A program made the position numbers and the translations under genes. A stretch of DNA of 64,000 nucleotides from IMG/VR virus record IMGVR_UViG_3300002307_000018, positions 192,001 through 256,000 of that record. One strand, written 5' to 3'. This stretch comes from a virus. Lineage: Duplodnaviria > Caudoviricetes. Below, one piece after another: positions 44,100 through 54,216 of this stretch; the stretch's first letter is position 1; every line of letters begins with the position of its first letter. The notes under the pieces were generated by a model that did not search any database, was not told where the DNA came from, and was given only the letters and a program-made list of their open reading frames with translations.

Positions 44100-44965
44100 C
44101 AATAAACACACTTATGAAAATTACAAACATATACAGTAGTTGGGGCAGCTATATTGACTTATCACTTGAAGAATTACTAAGTCATGACCAGCCTTTTTGG
44201 CAAAAGTTAATCTTTGAACGTAACATACTGGTGTTCAGAGGGTTACCAACGAATCTATCAGATGATGCGTTGTTTGATTTAAGCAAGCAATTTGGTAAAG
44301 TATGGACAAAAGAGATTTACAAATTACCATTCATTAGTCGTGGTAATGATAAAACAGTGAATGCTACTGCAGTGAAGCCCGTTAGTCATTTCAAAGCTGG
44401 TAATAATTACTTCTCACGTAAGCCAATGCATTATCATGCTGATATGGTTCACGTCAATGAGTATAGTTATCCTGGCAGAGCACTGTACATGTTTCAGAAT
44501 TCATTTGATAAGTCTGGAGTCACTACTTGGCTCAATCTAGAGTTAGGTTGGGCGCAGTGTACTGAAGAAGAGAAACGCTCATTCGATGGCTATACAGTGA
44601 TCATGCAGGACATGTACTTAGCTGGCACTAGAATGGAAAAGTTTCCATTTCTTAAAACTAATCCCAAGACCGGCAAGATAAGTCCATTGGTAAATTGCTG
44701 TTATCTAGGTGACCCAGATAAAAATCGTGCATGGATACATCACGTAGAAAAAGATGGCGTTGCATTATCGTATGAGGATACGTTAACGTTTGTATACAAT
44801 GTATATGAACTAATGGAAAGTAAGCCTAACACAATGTATGAACATGTCTGGACTGATGGCGATCTAATTGTGTACGATAATTGGTTCAATGTTCACAGAC
44901 GAACAGTAGTAAATGACTCTGCCGACAGCGAAAGAGTTTTAAAAAGAACAACTTTTAATTTTTAA
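44096..44965 (+). CDS. TauD/TfdA-family dioxygenase
   Basis: YHAD, HVWTDGDLIVYDNWFNVHRR, R.LKR. Confidence 0.85.
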   Translation: MTINTLMKITNIYSSWGSYIDLSLEELLSHDQPFWQKLIFERNILVFRGLPTNLSDDALFDLSKQFGKVWTKEIYKLPFISRGNDKTVNATAVKPVSHFKAGNNYFSRKPMHYHADMVHVNEYSYPGRALYMFQNSFDKSGVTTWLNLELGWAQCTEEEKRSFDGYTVIMQDMYLAGTRMEKFPFLKTNPKTGKISPLVNCCYLGDPDKNRAWIHHVEKDGVALSYEDTLTFVYNVYELMESKPNTMYEHVWTDGDLIVYDNWFNVHRRTVVNDSADSERVLKRTTFNF

Positions 44966-45718
44966 TCAATCTAACACTGCATCTTTAACATCTGCACGAA
45001 ACTTCCCGTCAATTCTAACTGAGAATGTTAAACGATTGACGGGATCAGTTCCATGATAGTCCATTTCATTGAACCAAACAAACTTCTTACTTTGATCAGT
45101 ATAGTGCTTTTCTTTAGTATCACCATCAAGCACATAGATACGCTTATAACGATTGCTGGTAGTGAACCATATGAAATCGTCATTGAGTCTATCAGGCACA
45201 TCTAGCGAGTCATCATAGTGTGGTATTGTTTCATTATTAGGCTCAGTGATAAAGAACATAACACGCCCAATCTCTTCAAAAGGTAGTTGATTGATCAAGC
45301 TGACAAGTTGTGGGAAATGAACTGAGTGTGGAGTCCAGTCGCAGTCTGCTGCTATTGACTTGTTAGACATTCTACGTGCGTCTACTACACGATTCAAACG
45401 TAAGAACACAGTCCAGAACGGATGCAGTGCGGGAGTCACCAATGATGTATACTTGATGCGCTGCTCTGTATTTGCAGCAGGTATCTTGTTATAGTACTCT
45501 AACTCACCACTGGTGAATATCTTGTTACGAGCATAGGTGGTAATCTCTTTGTCGCTCCACTCACTGTGTACACCAGCACTTACATAGCGTTTGATCCATG
45601 GTATCTGCGATAGACCATAGCACGTCTCGTTGTGTAATGCTTCCCAGTCTACAGTAGGGCAATACTCGTCTAGATATTTGAACGGGTGTTTGTCTGCACC
45701 AAGTCCTTTGATTGTCAT
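44966..45718 (-). CDS. 2OG-Fe(II) oxygenase-like protein
   Basis: PHYD ... DYHG ... SVRIDG. Confidence 0.7.
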   Translation of the reverse strand: MTIKGLGADKHPFKYLDEYCPTVDWEALHNETCYGLSQIPWIKRYVSAGVHSEWSDKEITTYARNKIFTSGELEYYNKIPAANTEQRIKYTSLVTPALHPFWTVFLRLNRVVDARRMSNKSIAADCDWTPHSVHFPQLVSLINQLPFEEIGRVMFFITEPNNETIPHYDDSLDVPDRLNDDFIWFTTSNRYKRIYVLDGDTKEKHYTDQSKKFVWFNEMDYHGTDPVNRLTFSVRIDGKFRADVKDAVLD

Positions 45719-46323
45719 ATATTATCTTTTATGATGTTGCTAAAGCTAGAGCGTTCTAACGATTCTAGAATAGTTGGCAGTGTGGGATAGTTTCTGAACT
45801 TAGTTTGAATAATTATTCTAGGCTCAGTACCGTTACATTTGAAACTATGATAGTTGTCTACATCTAGTGCGTATACGTCCCCCACTTCTGTATGAAGTTC
45901 TTCTATAAATGGAATTTGCTCGTACTCACGAATACTACAATTTCTAGAATAGCCAAGATTATAGGTACTAGTAATACTATTATCTAAGCTGTTGATTAGA
46001 TCATGATCATACCAACGTACCCAATCATCAGGATTACAACTGATTGCAATGTTCAATGCGCTGTTGCACTGTAGTCCGTCTCTATGAATTTTATAGCCAT
46101 GATCGGGTGAACTGTAAAACGCCTTTTGAATATAGCGTTGCTTGTCTGGATCAAATTGTACTTCTAATTCCCGATTGGTAAATATCTTGAAGAATGCGTC
46201 ATTGAGAGTTTTGTCAAAATGAATCCATTGATAGTCACTATCGGGTACTTTGCGTTTTAATATTTCATGCTTAAAGTACTCGATTGTTTCTAGTGGTAGT
46301 TTGCCAAGTTTTTTATATTTCAT
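45715..46323 (-). CDS. 2OG-Fe(II) oxygenase-like protein
   Basis: IHRD ... DNYHSF ... R. Confidence 0.7.
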   Translation of the reverse strand: MKYKKLGKLPLETIEYFKHEILKRKVPDSDYQWIHFDKTLNDAFFKIFTNRELEVQFDPDKQRYIQKAFYSSPDHGYKIHRDGLQCNSALNIAISCNPDDWVRWYDHDLINSLDNSITSTYNLGYSRNCSIREYEQIPFIEELHTEVGDVYALDVDNYHSFKCNGTEPRIIIQTKFRNYPTLPTILESLERSSFSNIIKDNI

Positions 46324-47132
46324 TTTAGTAGTGGTAAAAATATTTTGCTGGGATCATACTCCCACCATTTGCCTGATACGCTAGTTCCAAAGTCATAACT
46401 ACCGGGAGATTGATGATGATTGTTGTGCCAGCCCTGCCCCCAGCATAGATATCCTAAAAGAAGATTATTATGCGACTGATCCTTGGTTTCAAAGTTGCGA
46501 TACCCAAACCAACCTTTGATATGTCCATATACATTGACCAAGTTGTCTTGTGTAGACCCGATCAGAGTGACTAACCAAAATGCACACAATGCCAGCTTCC
46601 AATCAAACAGTGCTACAAGTGCCGGAACACCCCATAAAATATGCAGTGAGTGCTTGTGAAACCATACATGATTTGGCTTGCGTAGTAAATCAACTGCGTA
46701 CTTGAAGTTGACTGTGTTATTAGACTCGGTGACTTTAAGATACCAACCTACAAACGCATTGAATTTACCATAGTACACAGGTGAGTGCAAGTCTTGTGCT
46801 TTATCGCTGTGTGGGTGATGATAGCCACGATGTAGTGCTACCCAGAAGATTGATCCGCCCTGACCTGCAAACGTAGCAAAGAAAAGAATAATGTTTTCTT
46901 TCCATGTGGGTAGAGTGTGCGTCTTATGCGAGAATACTCTGTGATAGCCAACAGCAATACCAAGCCCACATACCAGTATCCACATGACGAACGTAGCCCA
47001 TAGATAGTATACTGGTATAACGCCCATAGCAAGCAATACAATTGCTAGTGTTCCAAAGAGTACTGCTGGTACCCATTGAAAGTAAAATGACTTAGAGATA
47101 GTGGTTAGATATTTGTTTAACTGTTCAATCAT
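46320..47132 (-). CDS. membrane fatty acyl desaturase (delta9-like)
   Basis: HRVFSH, HRGYHH, WHNNHH. Confidence 0.92.
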   Translation of the reverse strand: MIEQLNKYLTTISKSFYFQWVPAVLFGTLAIVLLAMGVIPVYYLWATFVMWILVCGLGIAVGYHRVFSHKTHTLPTWKENIILFFATFAGQGGSIFWVALHRGYHHPHSDKAQDLHSPVYYGKFNAFVGWYLKVTESNNTVNFKYAVDLLRKPNHVWFHKHSLHILWGVPALVALFDWKLALCAFWLVTLIGSTQDNLVNVYGHIKGWFGYRNFETKDQSHNNLLLGYLCWGQGWHNNHHQSPGSYDFGTSVSGKWWEYDPSKIFLPLLK

Positions 47133-47701
47133 ATATTTCCGCCAATTGGAAGAGTAGTTCTGTATTCTTGCTTTAAATAGTTACAACGCACTACTGATGG
47201 ATCACTGATTAGATAACGTTTGTACAATAGTTCCCAAGCATTGACATAGTAGCATTTATGCTGCGCTGGTACCGTATATTCATCAAAGTAACCATAGCGT
47301 TCATCATTGTATTTACTCCACAAAAATCTACGTAATAGCTTACTATGATTCTCTTGTACTAGTGTGTAAAACTTTAATCGTCCCGCTGCTTCTTGAACAG
47401 AAATGATCTCATCTAATACACGCTTAAGCGTGTGACCTGCACTGTTTGCACGATACAGTGTCATGTACCAAGCAGGCTCTTCCGTGCTTTCGTAGATTGA
47501 AATCATTGATTTGACTTCATCGTTTTCTACGTAACCATAAGCGTGAAAGTTCTTTAAATCGCTTAAGTAGTTATTGCAAAATATTTTATACACGTGCGAG
47601 TTAAAGTAAGTATCTTCGATTTCCCGCCCCATATACTTTTTACTCTCAAACAAGTTTCTAACTTGATTAACGTGAGTTTCGTTTAATTTTACTATCGACA
47701 T
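47129..47701 (-). CDS. GNAT-fold-like protein (related to 36471-37067)
   Basis: similar layout; shared ERY(E/G)(F/Y) stretch. Confidence 0.45.
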   Translation of the reverse strand: MSIVKLNETHVNQVRNLFESKKYMGREIEDTYFNSHVYKIFCNNYLSDLKNFHAYGYVENDEVKSMISIYESTEEPAWYMTLYRANSAGHTLKRVLDEIISVQEAAGRLKFYTLVQENHSKLLRRFLWSKYNDERYGYFDEYTVPAQHKCYYVNAWELLYKRYLISDPSVVRCNYLKQEYRTTLPIGGNI

Positions 47702-48621
47702 TAACTTTCCCCGAATAAATGTGCTTGTAGATCATCTACGAATATACCGTCTAAGCTAGACTCTAACCGTTTAACATGACTCTTATATAGTTCTGCGTAA
47801 GTTTCGCCGTTGAAACCCAGTAGTCTTTCGTAACCATGTGTCTTACGCTTTTCCAATAAGTCTGGCATATACTGATGTAGTATGGTGTTTTTTGATGACA
47901 CTGAGCTTAGCTTGTAGTTGTAGCGTTCACTGAATAACCAACGAATTTTTGGATGCTCTAAGTAGTAGCCCATCATTTCAGGTGTATACGAGAACCATTC
48001 ATTGACCAATGGTATCTCATACTTGTTTGAGAATCGCATTGCGCTTGCATCTTCGTTCTCACGTATGCAGTAGTACCAACGACTACCCGCACGATCAACA
48101 TGACGCTTGAACAACATTTCTCCGCCCATAACAGCCGGTGTTTGTAACTTGCGAATGTGATGATACACAGTTAAGTATGCCATTTGACGACACTGTATCT
48201 CTGATGCAAACTCCCATGCTTGACCACTGTGATAAAAGTCTTTGACATCAAACTCAATAACATCAATCTTGATGTCCATATCTTGAGCAATCTTTTCTGC
48301 CATATACAAATCAGAAATGTTGTAATCATCTTTGAACTTTATAAACAGTGCTCGTGGAGTTACACCAATGTGCTTGAATGCTCTAAGAACAATTTCACTG
48401 TCAGTACCACCGCTGAACATCACCATAAGGTCTTTACCAAATTCTTGATAGATTGCATCAGCAGTACGATACTGTTCGTTTAGCCAATCACTTGTTTTGT
48501 AATATGCTTTGTCAATTTGACCGCAAGTAACGTTATACTTTTCAATAGGAGTTTCTCTGTATCCATACAGTCGATCTCCGATTGTATATTTTAAATGATT
48601 GTTCAGTGTAAAATTGGTCAT
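47701..48621 (-). CDS. PP-loop (asparagine synthase/AANH-like) protein
   Basis: MFSGGTDSEIV; KRKTHGYE. Confidence 0.78.
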   Translation of the reverse strand: MTNFTLNNHLKYTIGDRLYGYRETPIEKYNVTCGQIDKAYYKTSDWLNEQYRTADAIYQEFGKDLMVMFSGGTDSEIVLRAFKHIGVTPRALFIKFKDDYNISDLYMAEKIAQDMDIKIDVIEFDVKDFYHSGQAWEFASEIQCRQMAYLTVYHHIRKLQTPAVMGGEMLFKRHVDRAGSRWYYCIRENEDASAMRFSNKYEIPLVNEWFSYTPEMMGYYLEHPKIRWLFSERYNYKLSSVSSKNTILHQYMPDLLEKRKTHGYERLLGFNGETYAELYKSHVKRLESSLDGIFVDDLQAHLFGES

Positions 48622-48622
48622 G

Positions 48623-48838
48623 TTACATTACGGCGATTAAGTCTCGTACCGTCATTACTGCACGTGAATCGTCCAACTGTACATCATGTTCTTCTTCATA
48701 GTATAGTTGCAACTCAACTGCGTCTAAGCTGTCTATACCCAAATCTAATAGATTGTCATCTAGATTCAGTGTAAGGTCTTTATCGAACAATGTTTTGATT
48801 GCTGCTTCTAAAAATTTAATTTTGTCTTGCTCTGTCAT
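48623..48838 (-). CDS. acpP: acyl carrier protein
   Basis: DLGIDSLDAVEL phosphopantetheine motif, acidic, about 71 aa. Confidence 0.88.
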   Translation of the reverse strand: MTEQDKIKFLEAAIKTLFDKDLTLNLDDNLLDLGIDSLDAVELQLYYEEEHDVQLDDSRAVMTVRDLIAVM

Positions 48839-49386
48839 TTGTTTTCCTTTGTGTACTCTGCTACCCATTGTGGCGTATAATACACTGTATGTTTACCTAT
48901 GGGCTTGAATTGCTTATATATATCTGGCCAGTCATTGAATAATGTAGCACGTTGTCCACGTTGAACTCTTTCAAAGTAATTGTAAATGGCCTTGTTATGA
49001 TCATTTGCAGTTATCCAAATACGTTCATAGTGCTGTGCTTCTGTCATCACCTGCGGCAGTATGTGTTTGCCTATGATAAACTGATTGCGATACTCAAGTG
49101 CAATGTACATTCTGGATAACACTATTGCTACAGTTGGATCAAGATCGTATTCATTCCAACCAAGACTACACATATACTTATCAGCATCGTCAGTGACAAC
49201 AAAATATTTCCCGTGTCCCTGTCTGAATCTGCCGCTGTTGAGTACATAAAACAAATTTGCTGAATTGTCGCTGTAGTCTGGATGATAGTTCTTGGCGTAT
49301 GCTGAGTTATTTGTGCGAGATAAACCGTGTTTAAGTACGTCAATCACTGTAGTGTTTGACGTATCGTGGATTTCATGTATCTTCAT
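48835..49386 (-). CDS. GNAT-fold-like protein
   Basis: YFVVTDDADKYMCSLGW...LSRMYIALEYRNQ. Confidence 0.5.
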   Translation of the reverse strand: MKIHEIHDTSNTTVIDVLKHGLSRTNNSAYAKNYHPDYSDNSANLFYVLNSGRFRQGHGKYFVVTDDADKYMCSLGWNEYDLDPTVAIVLSRMYIALEYRNQFIIGKHILPQVMTEAQHYERIWITANDHNKAIYNYFERVQRGQRATLFNDWPDIYKQFKPIGKHTVYYTPQWVAEYTKENK

Positions 49387-50057
49387 TTGTTCTGTGCGTA
49401 AAAAATGTGATGTCCAATAACAAAAGATTTCTTATACGGCCACTGTGGTTTTACCGTGTGGTTGTGAAAGAATAAAATGTTATCTTGAAATTCATCACTC
49501 CACTTATCTTCGGTAAGAACCAAATGAGAAATCTCTTCAGCTATCTTGTATCGTTCGCTAGTAACATCAGGTGATTTTTTACCCTGACATACCCAACTGA
49601 ATTGACAATGAATGCTTGTCTTATCTGTATTTGGATCCACTCGTTTAGTGGTTTGATAAATGACTAGACACGGACTAGATGCAAAGCCGCCATGACGCAC
49701 ACGATTCATCACTACTCTAGCAACAGCAACTTGACCCATATAGGGTTCGCCACCTGCTTCGTAATAAATGTTATGAGCCATGCACTTGATTTGCTCTTTA
49801 AGTGCCTTTAACTTTTTCTCTTCTACCAAAGTAGGAAGAGGGTCTGGCAATGCGATTGGTTGAATAATTTCAACTGTCTCTGCAACTTTCACTTCGATCT
49901 TTGGTATTTCAACTGCAGGCACATTGAATGGTATTTCATGTGTTACAGTGGTTACGTTGTATATATCGTTATTATAGTTTGTCAGTGACCCTATTACTAG
50001 TAAAGTTGGTATGATCGTGCATAATAAGATTAGTTTTAGCCTGCTTGATTTAAGCAT
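49383..50057 (-). CDS. SleB-like cell wall hydrolase (Hydrolase_2)
   Basis: N-terminal TM; CMAHNIYYEAGGE...VVMNRV...CQFSW. Confidence 0.88.
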   Translation of the reverse strand: MLKSSRLKLILLCTIIPTLLVIGSLTNYNNDIYNVTTVTHEIPFNVPAVEIPKIEVKVAETVEIIQPIALPDPLPTLVEEKKLKALKEQIKCMAHNIYYEAGGEPYMGQVAVARVVMNRVRHGGFASSPCLVIYQTTKRVDPNTDKTSIHCQFSWVCQGKKSPDVTSERYKIAEEISHLVLTEDKWSDEFQDNILFFHNHTVKPQWPYKKSFVIGHHIFYAQNK

Positions 50058-50154
50058 ATTATTCTCCTTTCTTAATACGTGAGCATAACGCACGTTAATA
50101 ATTTATCATAATTCACTACGCAAAGTATGACTCTTTTTCTAACGGCTGTTATGC

Positions 50155-52704
50155 CTACAGGTTCCAACAATCACAATTGCATTTTGTTACATTGTCAATT
50201 GTTTCTGGTATCGTTGGTGTTGCCGCATCACTTGGTGCTAGTGGTACGAGAATTCCTGGCAAGTACGGGTTACCGCTGAATCCAGTGAATGGACCCGGAC
50301 CAGGAAAAGTGGGCTGTGCAACGTTAGCCGGAGGGATTTTGTTGCCCTCACGATTAGGTGGTTGTACAGTTGGTGGTGGATCAATAACGATCTCTGCGTA
50401 TGGCATATTAAGTCCACCCTTTGCTATAAACAAATCGCTAATTGAACCATCTGCTTCAATGATTGGTATTAGCTTTGCTTGATATCCAAAAGGATATACG
50501 TTAACATAGGGCGGATTCGCTAAGCTATATCCGCTGCTAGTGCTAGTCATAGTAATAGATACAATTGTACCGTCACTGTCTAGTGTTGCAGTTGCACTTG
50601 CTCCACTAGGTTCTAATGCGCTAGGCACATCATTCTCTGGTGGTATACCTGCTTGTGCAAGACGTGCAGCATTACGTGATTCACGCATGGCTCCTAGCAA
50701 ACTTTGACCGCCTAGTGTAGTTGGGTCAGAGATTGCTGATAAAACGCTACCTATAGCTCCTGGTGCGTTCTGTTGAGCATAGGTGTCAATGCTTTGTACA
50801 AAGCTTTGAAAGTCATTTGTACTAGCAGATTGAGTTACTCCAGTCATTTGAGGAATAGCATAAGGTATTGCTCGTTGTGAAACAAACAATTGATTACCAA
50901 TATAGTTCCAATAGTTGTTCAGTGCCTCGCATTGAACCGTGTTTGTATCATAGATAGCACTGATCTGACTGTTAGCTGTATCAATCAGTGTTTGTATCGC
51001 TGCGTCTAATACAGGATCAAGTGGATCAGGTGGTGGTACTGGCGTAGGAACTGGTACCGGTACTGGTGGCGTCAGACTTAACTCATACAAGCTTTGATAT
51101 GTAAATTGCAATTCTTGCTTGGGTAACTTTGATAGAATGTCTTGAGCACTTTGCAACCATTGTATATACGGGTAACCTGATGCTGCGCCCATATAGTCTG
51201 ACTGCTGAAATGTTCCGCTGTTACCGCTACCCAATGCTACTGAACCCAATAGCTGATTAGCTGCAGGTATGTTTACTGCTGTACCATTTTCATTGTTCAG
51301 TTGTGGCAGTGCTAAACTGGTCAACTCTAAGTCTACTACAGTTAGTGCTAGCTTTTCAATGTTAGCTTGCATAATGTTCTTGACTTGCTGCATACTCATT
51401 GAAAACGCAGCACAAGCTGTAGCAATATCCTGTGGTATAATACCAGCTAGTGTTGATGCTAATGGTTCGCTCAGAGATTTAACTTGAGGATTCACACCAC
51501 CGTTGGTATAGATAAAGTAGTATGTCTTGCTTGATGTTGTGTCTGCACGATACTGTGGTATAGTCAAACCCAGATAGCTATTTGGGAATAGATACTGTGG
51601 GTCAAGTAAGTCTGCCAGTGTGCGTAGATTGTTCAGCTTGCAATTAAGTTGCAGTGTAATACCCTGATTCAATCCATACAAATCAGCACCACTAATGTAA
51701 GTGAACCCAAGATAGATTTTCTTTTCTTCTGCTGCCGTAGGTATGTACGTAGGTGTGCAAATCTGATTTAGCTCTGATGTAGTTAAGCCTGCATACTGCA
51801 TGGCTAAGCCTACAGCTTGTGTAAGAGCACCGTACTTTTGCAGTGTAAGCAACAGTATACTTGGTGTACCGAACTTATGAATGTTTGACAAATCAATGAC
51901 CTTGCCAGTATTGATCAAATCATTGCCCCATATTCTGAAACTTTGATTGACACCGCTTAGATCATTGGTGGTCAGATCATTGATGTTGCTGTAGTTGCCT
52001 GACATATAAGTCTTGCTATTGGTATAGCTTGAGACTTGCGTGTTGCTTTGTTGTGCTGAGCCATTGTACAGTTGTAGTGCATTGACAATGCTGTTATACT
52101 GATTGAACTGTCCTGAGAACAATTCGTTGTAAGCTTGTTGCGCTACACAGCCAATGAAACCATTGCTGAAATACTTGTCATAGTCAGGTGCAAGTGTAGT
52201 AGGCGTAGCTGGTGGATACGCAGCATAGTACTGATCAGTTGTTTTCTGCCATGCGTTGGCTCCTGGCCAACCTGTGACATAAGCATAGTTGCCATAGCTT
52301 TGATAGATATAGCTGTATGTTCCACTTGCGGGATATCCCTTTGGTGGATAGCTATCAGTAACCATAGTAGCACCCTGCCAACTACCATAGCCTGCGTATG
52401 ATGGCTTGAATGATTGTGGCTTGCTGTTACCCAGAGCTTCACATACTCCGCTGCCCAATGCTAACAGATTGCGATATGTAGCTACGCTAACTTGACCTAT
52501 GCTTGTCATTGCATAGATGTTAGCCAGTGCCGCAGTTAGTCTATTCAGACCAACATTATTAGTCACGGTGCCCTGCTGATATTTTGTAGGAGCATAGGTG
52601 CCGACCAATGCTAGCATAACTGCATTGATAGCAAAGCCGTTGTCACTTTGTAGCTGTGACAACGTATTGATTTGTAATGGGGTGTAACTGCCTGATTGAC
52701 TCAT
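50155..52704 (-). CDS. large putative virion/baseplate-associated protein
   Basis: 849 aa, Q/N/S/T-rich, Pro linker, coupled to PAAR gene. Confidence 0.6.
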   Translation of the reverse strand: MSQSGSYTPLQINTLSQLQSDNGFAINAVMLALVGTYAPTKYQQGTVTNNVGLNRLTAALANIYAMTSIGQVSVATYRNLLALGSGVCEALGNSKPQSFKPSYAGYGSWQGATMVTDSYPPKGYPASGTYSYIYQSYGNYAYVTGWPGANAWQKTTDQYYAAYPPATPTTLAPDYDKYFSNGFIGCVAQQAYNELFSGQFNQYNSIVNALQLYNGSAQQSNTQVSSYTNSKTYMSGNYSNINDLTTNDLSGVNQSFRIWGNDLINTGKVIDLSNIHKFGTPSILLLTLQKYGALTQAVGLAMQYAGLTTSELNQICTPTYIPTAAEEKKIYLGFTYISGADLYGLNQGITLQLNCKLNNLRTLADLLDPQYLFPNSYLGLTIPQYRADTTSSKTYYFIYTNGGVNPQVKSLSEPLASTLAGIIPQDIATACAAFSMSMQQVKNIMQANIEKLALTVVDLELTSLALPQLNNENGTAVNIPAANQLLGSVALGSGNSGTFQQSDYMGAASGYPYIQWLQSAQDILSKLPKQELQFTYQSLYELSLTPPVPVPVPTPVPPPDPLDPVLDAAIQTLIDTANSQISAIYDTNTVQCEALNNYWNYIGNQLFVSQRAIPYAIPQMTGVTQSASTNDFQSFVQSIDTYAQQNAPGAIGSVLSAISDPTTLGGQSLLGAMRESRNAARLAQAGIPPENDVPSALEPSGASATATLDSDGTIVSITMTSTSSGYSLANPPYVNVYPFGYQAKLIPIIEADGSISDLFIAKGGLNMPYAEIVIDPPPTVQPPNREGNKIPPANVAQPTFPGPGPFTGFSGNPYLPGILVPLAPSDAATPTIPETIDNVTKCNCDCWNL

Positions 52705-52979
52705 ATAAACGTTGTCCCGCTACCTTCGACGATTGGATGTCCACAAGATGTTTGCATACCTACATGAACAACAGGGCATCCATCAATGAAGATTGTTGAC
52801 TCTCCGTCTGATACAGTGTAGCTATGCACGTGCCGACCCTTGTTAGGTGGATGCGGTGTCAGTGGACTAACATGAAGCGCAACAGGACGTCCATCTAAAA
52901 AGACTGTATTTGATCCGCGCAGTAATCTACCACCTGCACTGTTTCTGTCGCCTACTCTACTGATCGCACCTGCTGCCAT
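52701..52979 (-). CDS. PAAR-domain spike tip protein
   Basis: SRVGD, GRPVALH, GCPVVHVG, CGH. Confidence 0.85.
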   Translation of the reverse strand: MAAGAISRVGDRNSAGGRLLRGSNTVFLDGRPVALHVSPLTPHPPNKGRHVHSYTVSDGESTIFIDGCPVVHVGMQTSCGHPIVEGSGTTFI

Positions 52980-53002
52980 GTTATTTGTTCCTAGTCTAGT
53001 AT

Positions 53003-53293
53003 TTAGGCTAACTTAATACCAGTAGTGGCCTGAATAAACTGATCAGCAAACTGTTTGTCAGTTGCTTCTGCTACAGTTACAGTTGACTTAAGAAGTTTGA
53101 TTTCTTTCTCTGGGTTTACTGTAAACAAGTACGGCATTAAACCTGGACCCTTGGGACCATGACCGATAACTTGTGGATGTGATAACTTGTAGTATGATTC
53201 TGTATCTTGTACTAACTTTGCTACCAGTTCCTCACCTGAGGTGAGTTTAAGTGTAATTACTTCGTTTACTGCAACGCCTTTATCAATTAACAT
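53003..53293 (-). CDS. small Sm-like-fold phage protein
   Basis: ITLKLTSGEELVAK beta-rich pattern. Confidence 0.6.
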   Translation of the reverse strand: MLIDKGVAVNEVITLKLTSGEELVAKLVQDTESYYKLSHPQVIGHGPKGPGLMPYLFTVNPEKEIKLLKSTVTVAEATDKQFADQFIQATTGIKLA

Positions 53294-53542
53294 TTAGTTT
53301 CCTTTTACTTTAGTGTTAAACTCTTCTTCGGACATACCAGCGATACCTTGATATCCGCCTGGGATGTGGGTAGTACCACGAAAAATCTGTGGCACTGATC
53401 GATATCCATTCTCAATTAAGAAGTCACGCGCCTCTGATTGCTCTGAGACATTGACTGTCTTGTATTCAACGCCACGTGACTCTAGTAGTGCTTTTGCCAT
53501 ATCACAGAATGGGCAATTGTCTTTTGTGTATACTGTAATCAT
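53294..53542 (-). CDS. glutaredoxin
   Basis: CPFC, SVPQIF, GG. Confidence 0.93.
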   Translation of the reverse strand: MITVYTKDNCPFCDMAKALLESRGVEYKTVNVSEQSEARDFLIENGYRSVPQIFRGTTHIPGGYQGIAGMSEEEFNTKVKGN

Positions 53543-54150
53543 TTCTTCTCCTTATGTGTAAGTGTTTTTGTGTATTCTACCTCAGCCTTGGCTACAAGCT
53601 CAATCGCTCGTTGAATGTCGGGTGTGATTTTAAAAGTCTCAGGTGGGTTCCCTGCTTTAATCATTGCGTTTGCTATTTCAGTAGCATTTTTTACAGCGAT
53701 GATATTATCATCATCAGGTATTAAATCAGGTACAATTTTCTTGACTTCTTCGTCTGGCAGCTTCATGCTGATGGTGTCTGGTTTTGATCTATCCTTAGCG
53801 GGTTCCGTCTCCGTAACTGTCTTTGACTTCAGTGAAGGCAAAGTAATAGAGCAGGGGTTTGTTATCTTGGCCGCACGATCACGAATCTTGATTGCTGTTC
53901 GATCCAGATAGTCCGCAAACCAGTCATAGAAACGAACACGCAGACATTTGTCCTTGGCGTTGATTTTCTCAAACTTGTCTATCAAATCGACTATTTCTTT
54001 AGTTCCTGGACGACGATCATCACCCTTGCCAGTTGGGTCGTTAGAATAAACTGGTTGGTCCGGAATGTGTGTACCATCTTTGATTCGTTCTAGTACCGCA
54101 TCTCTAGAGATTTTCTTTGGCTTGTAATTAGTTTGTGCTATTTTAGTCAT
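53539..54150 (-). CDS. hypothetical protein
   Basis: GAGG SD before MTKIAQT. Confidence 0.65.
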   Translation of the reverse strand: MTKIAQTNYKPKKISRDAVLERIKDGTHIPDQPVYSNDPTGKGDDRRPGTKEIVDLIDKFEKINAKDKCLRVRFYDWFADYLDRTAIKIRDRAAKITNPCSITLPSLKSKTVTETEPAKDRSKPDTISMKLPDEEVKKIVPDLIPDDDNIIAVKNATEIANAMIKAGNPPETFKITPDIQRAIELVAKAEVEYTKTLTHKEKK

Positions 54151-54216
54151 AATATTCCTCAATATCATTAGTATACTTGACCTACACGAGTAAGTCAAGT
54201 ATTTTGGATAAACTGA

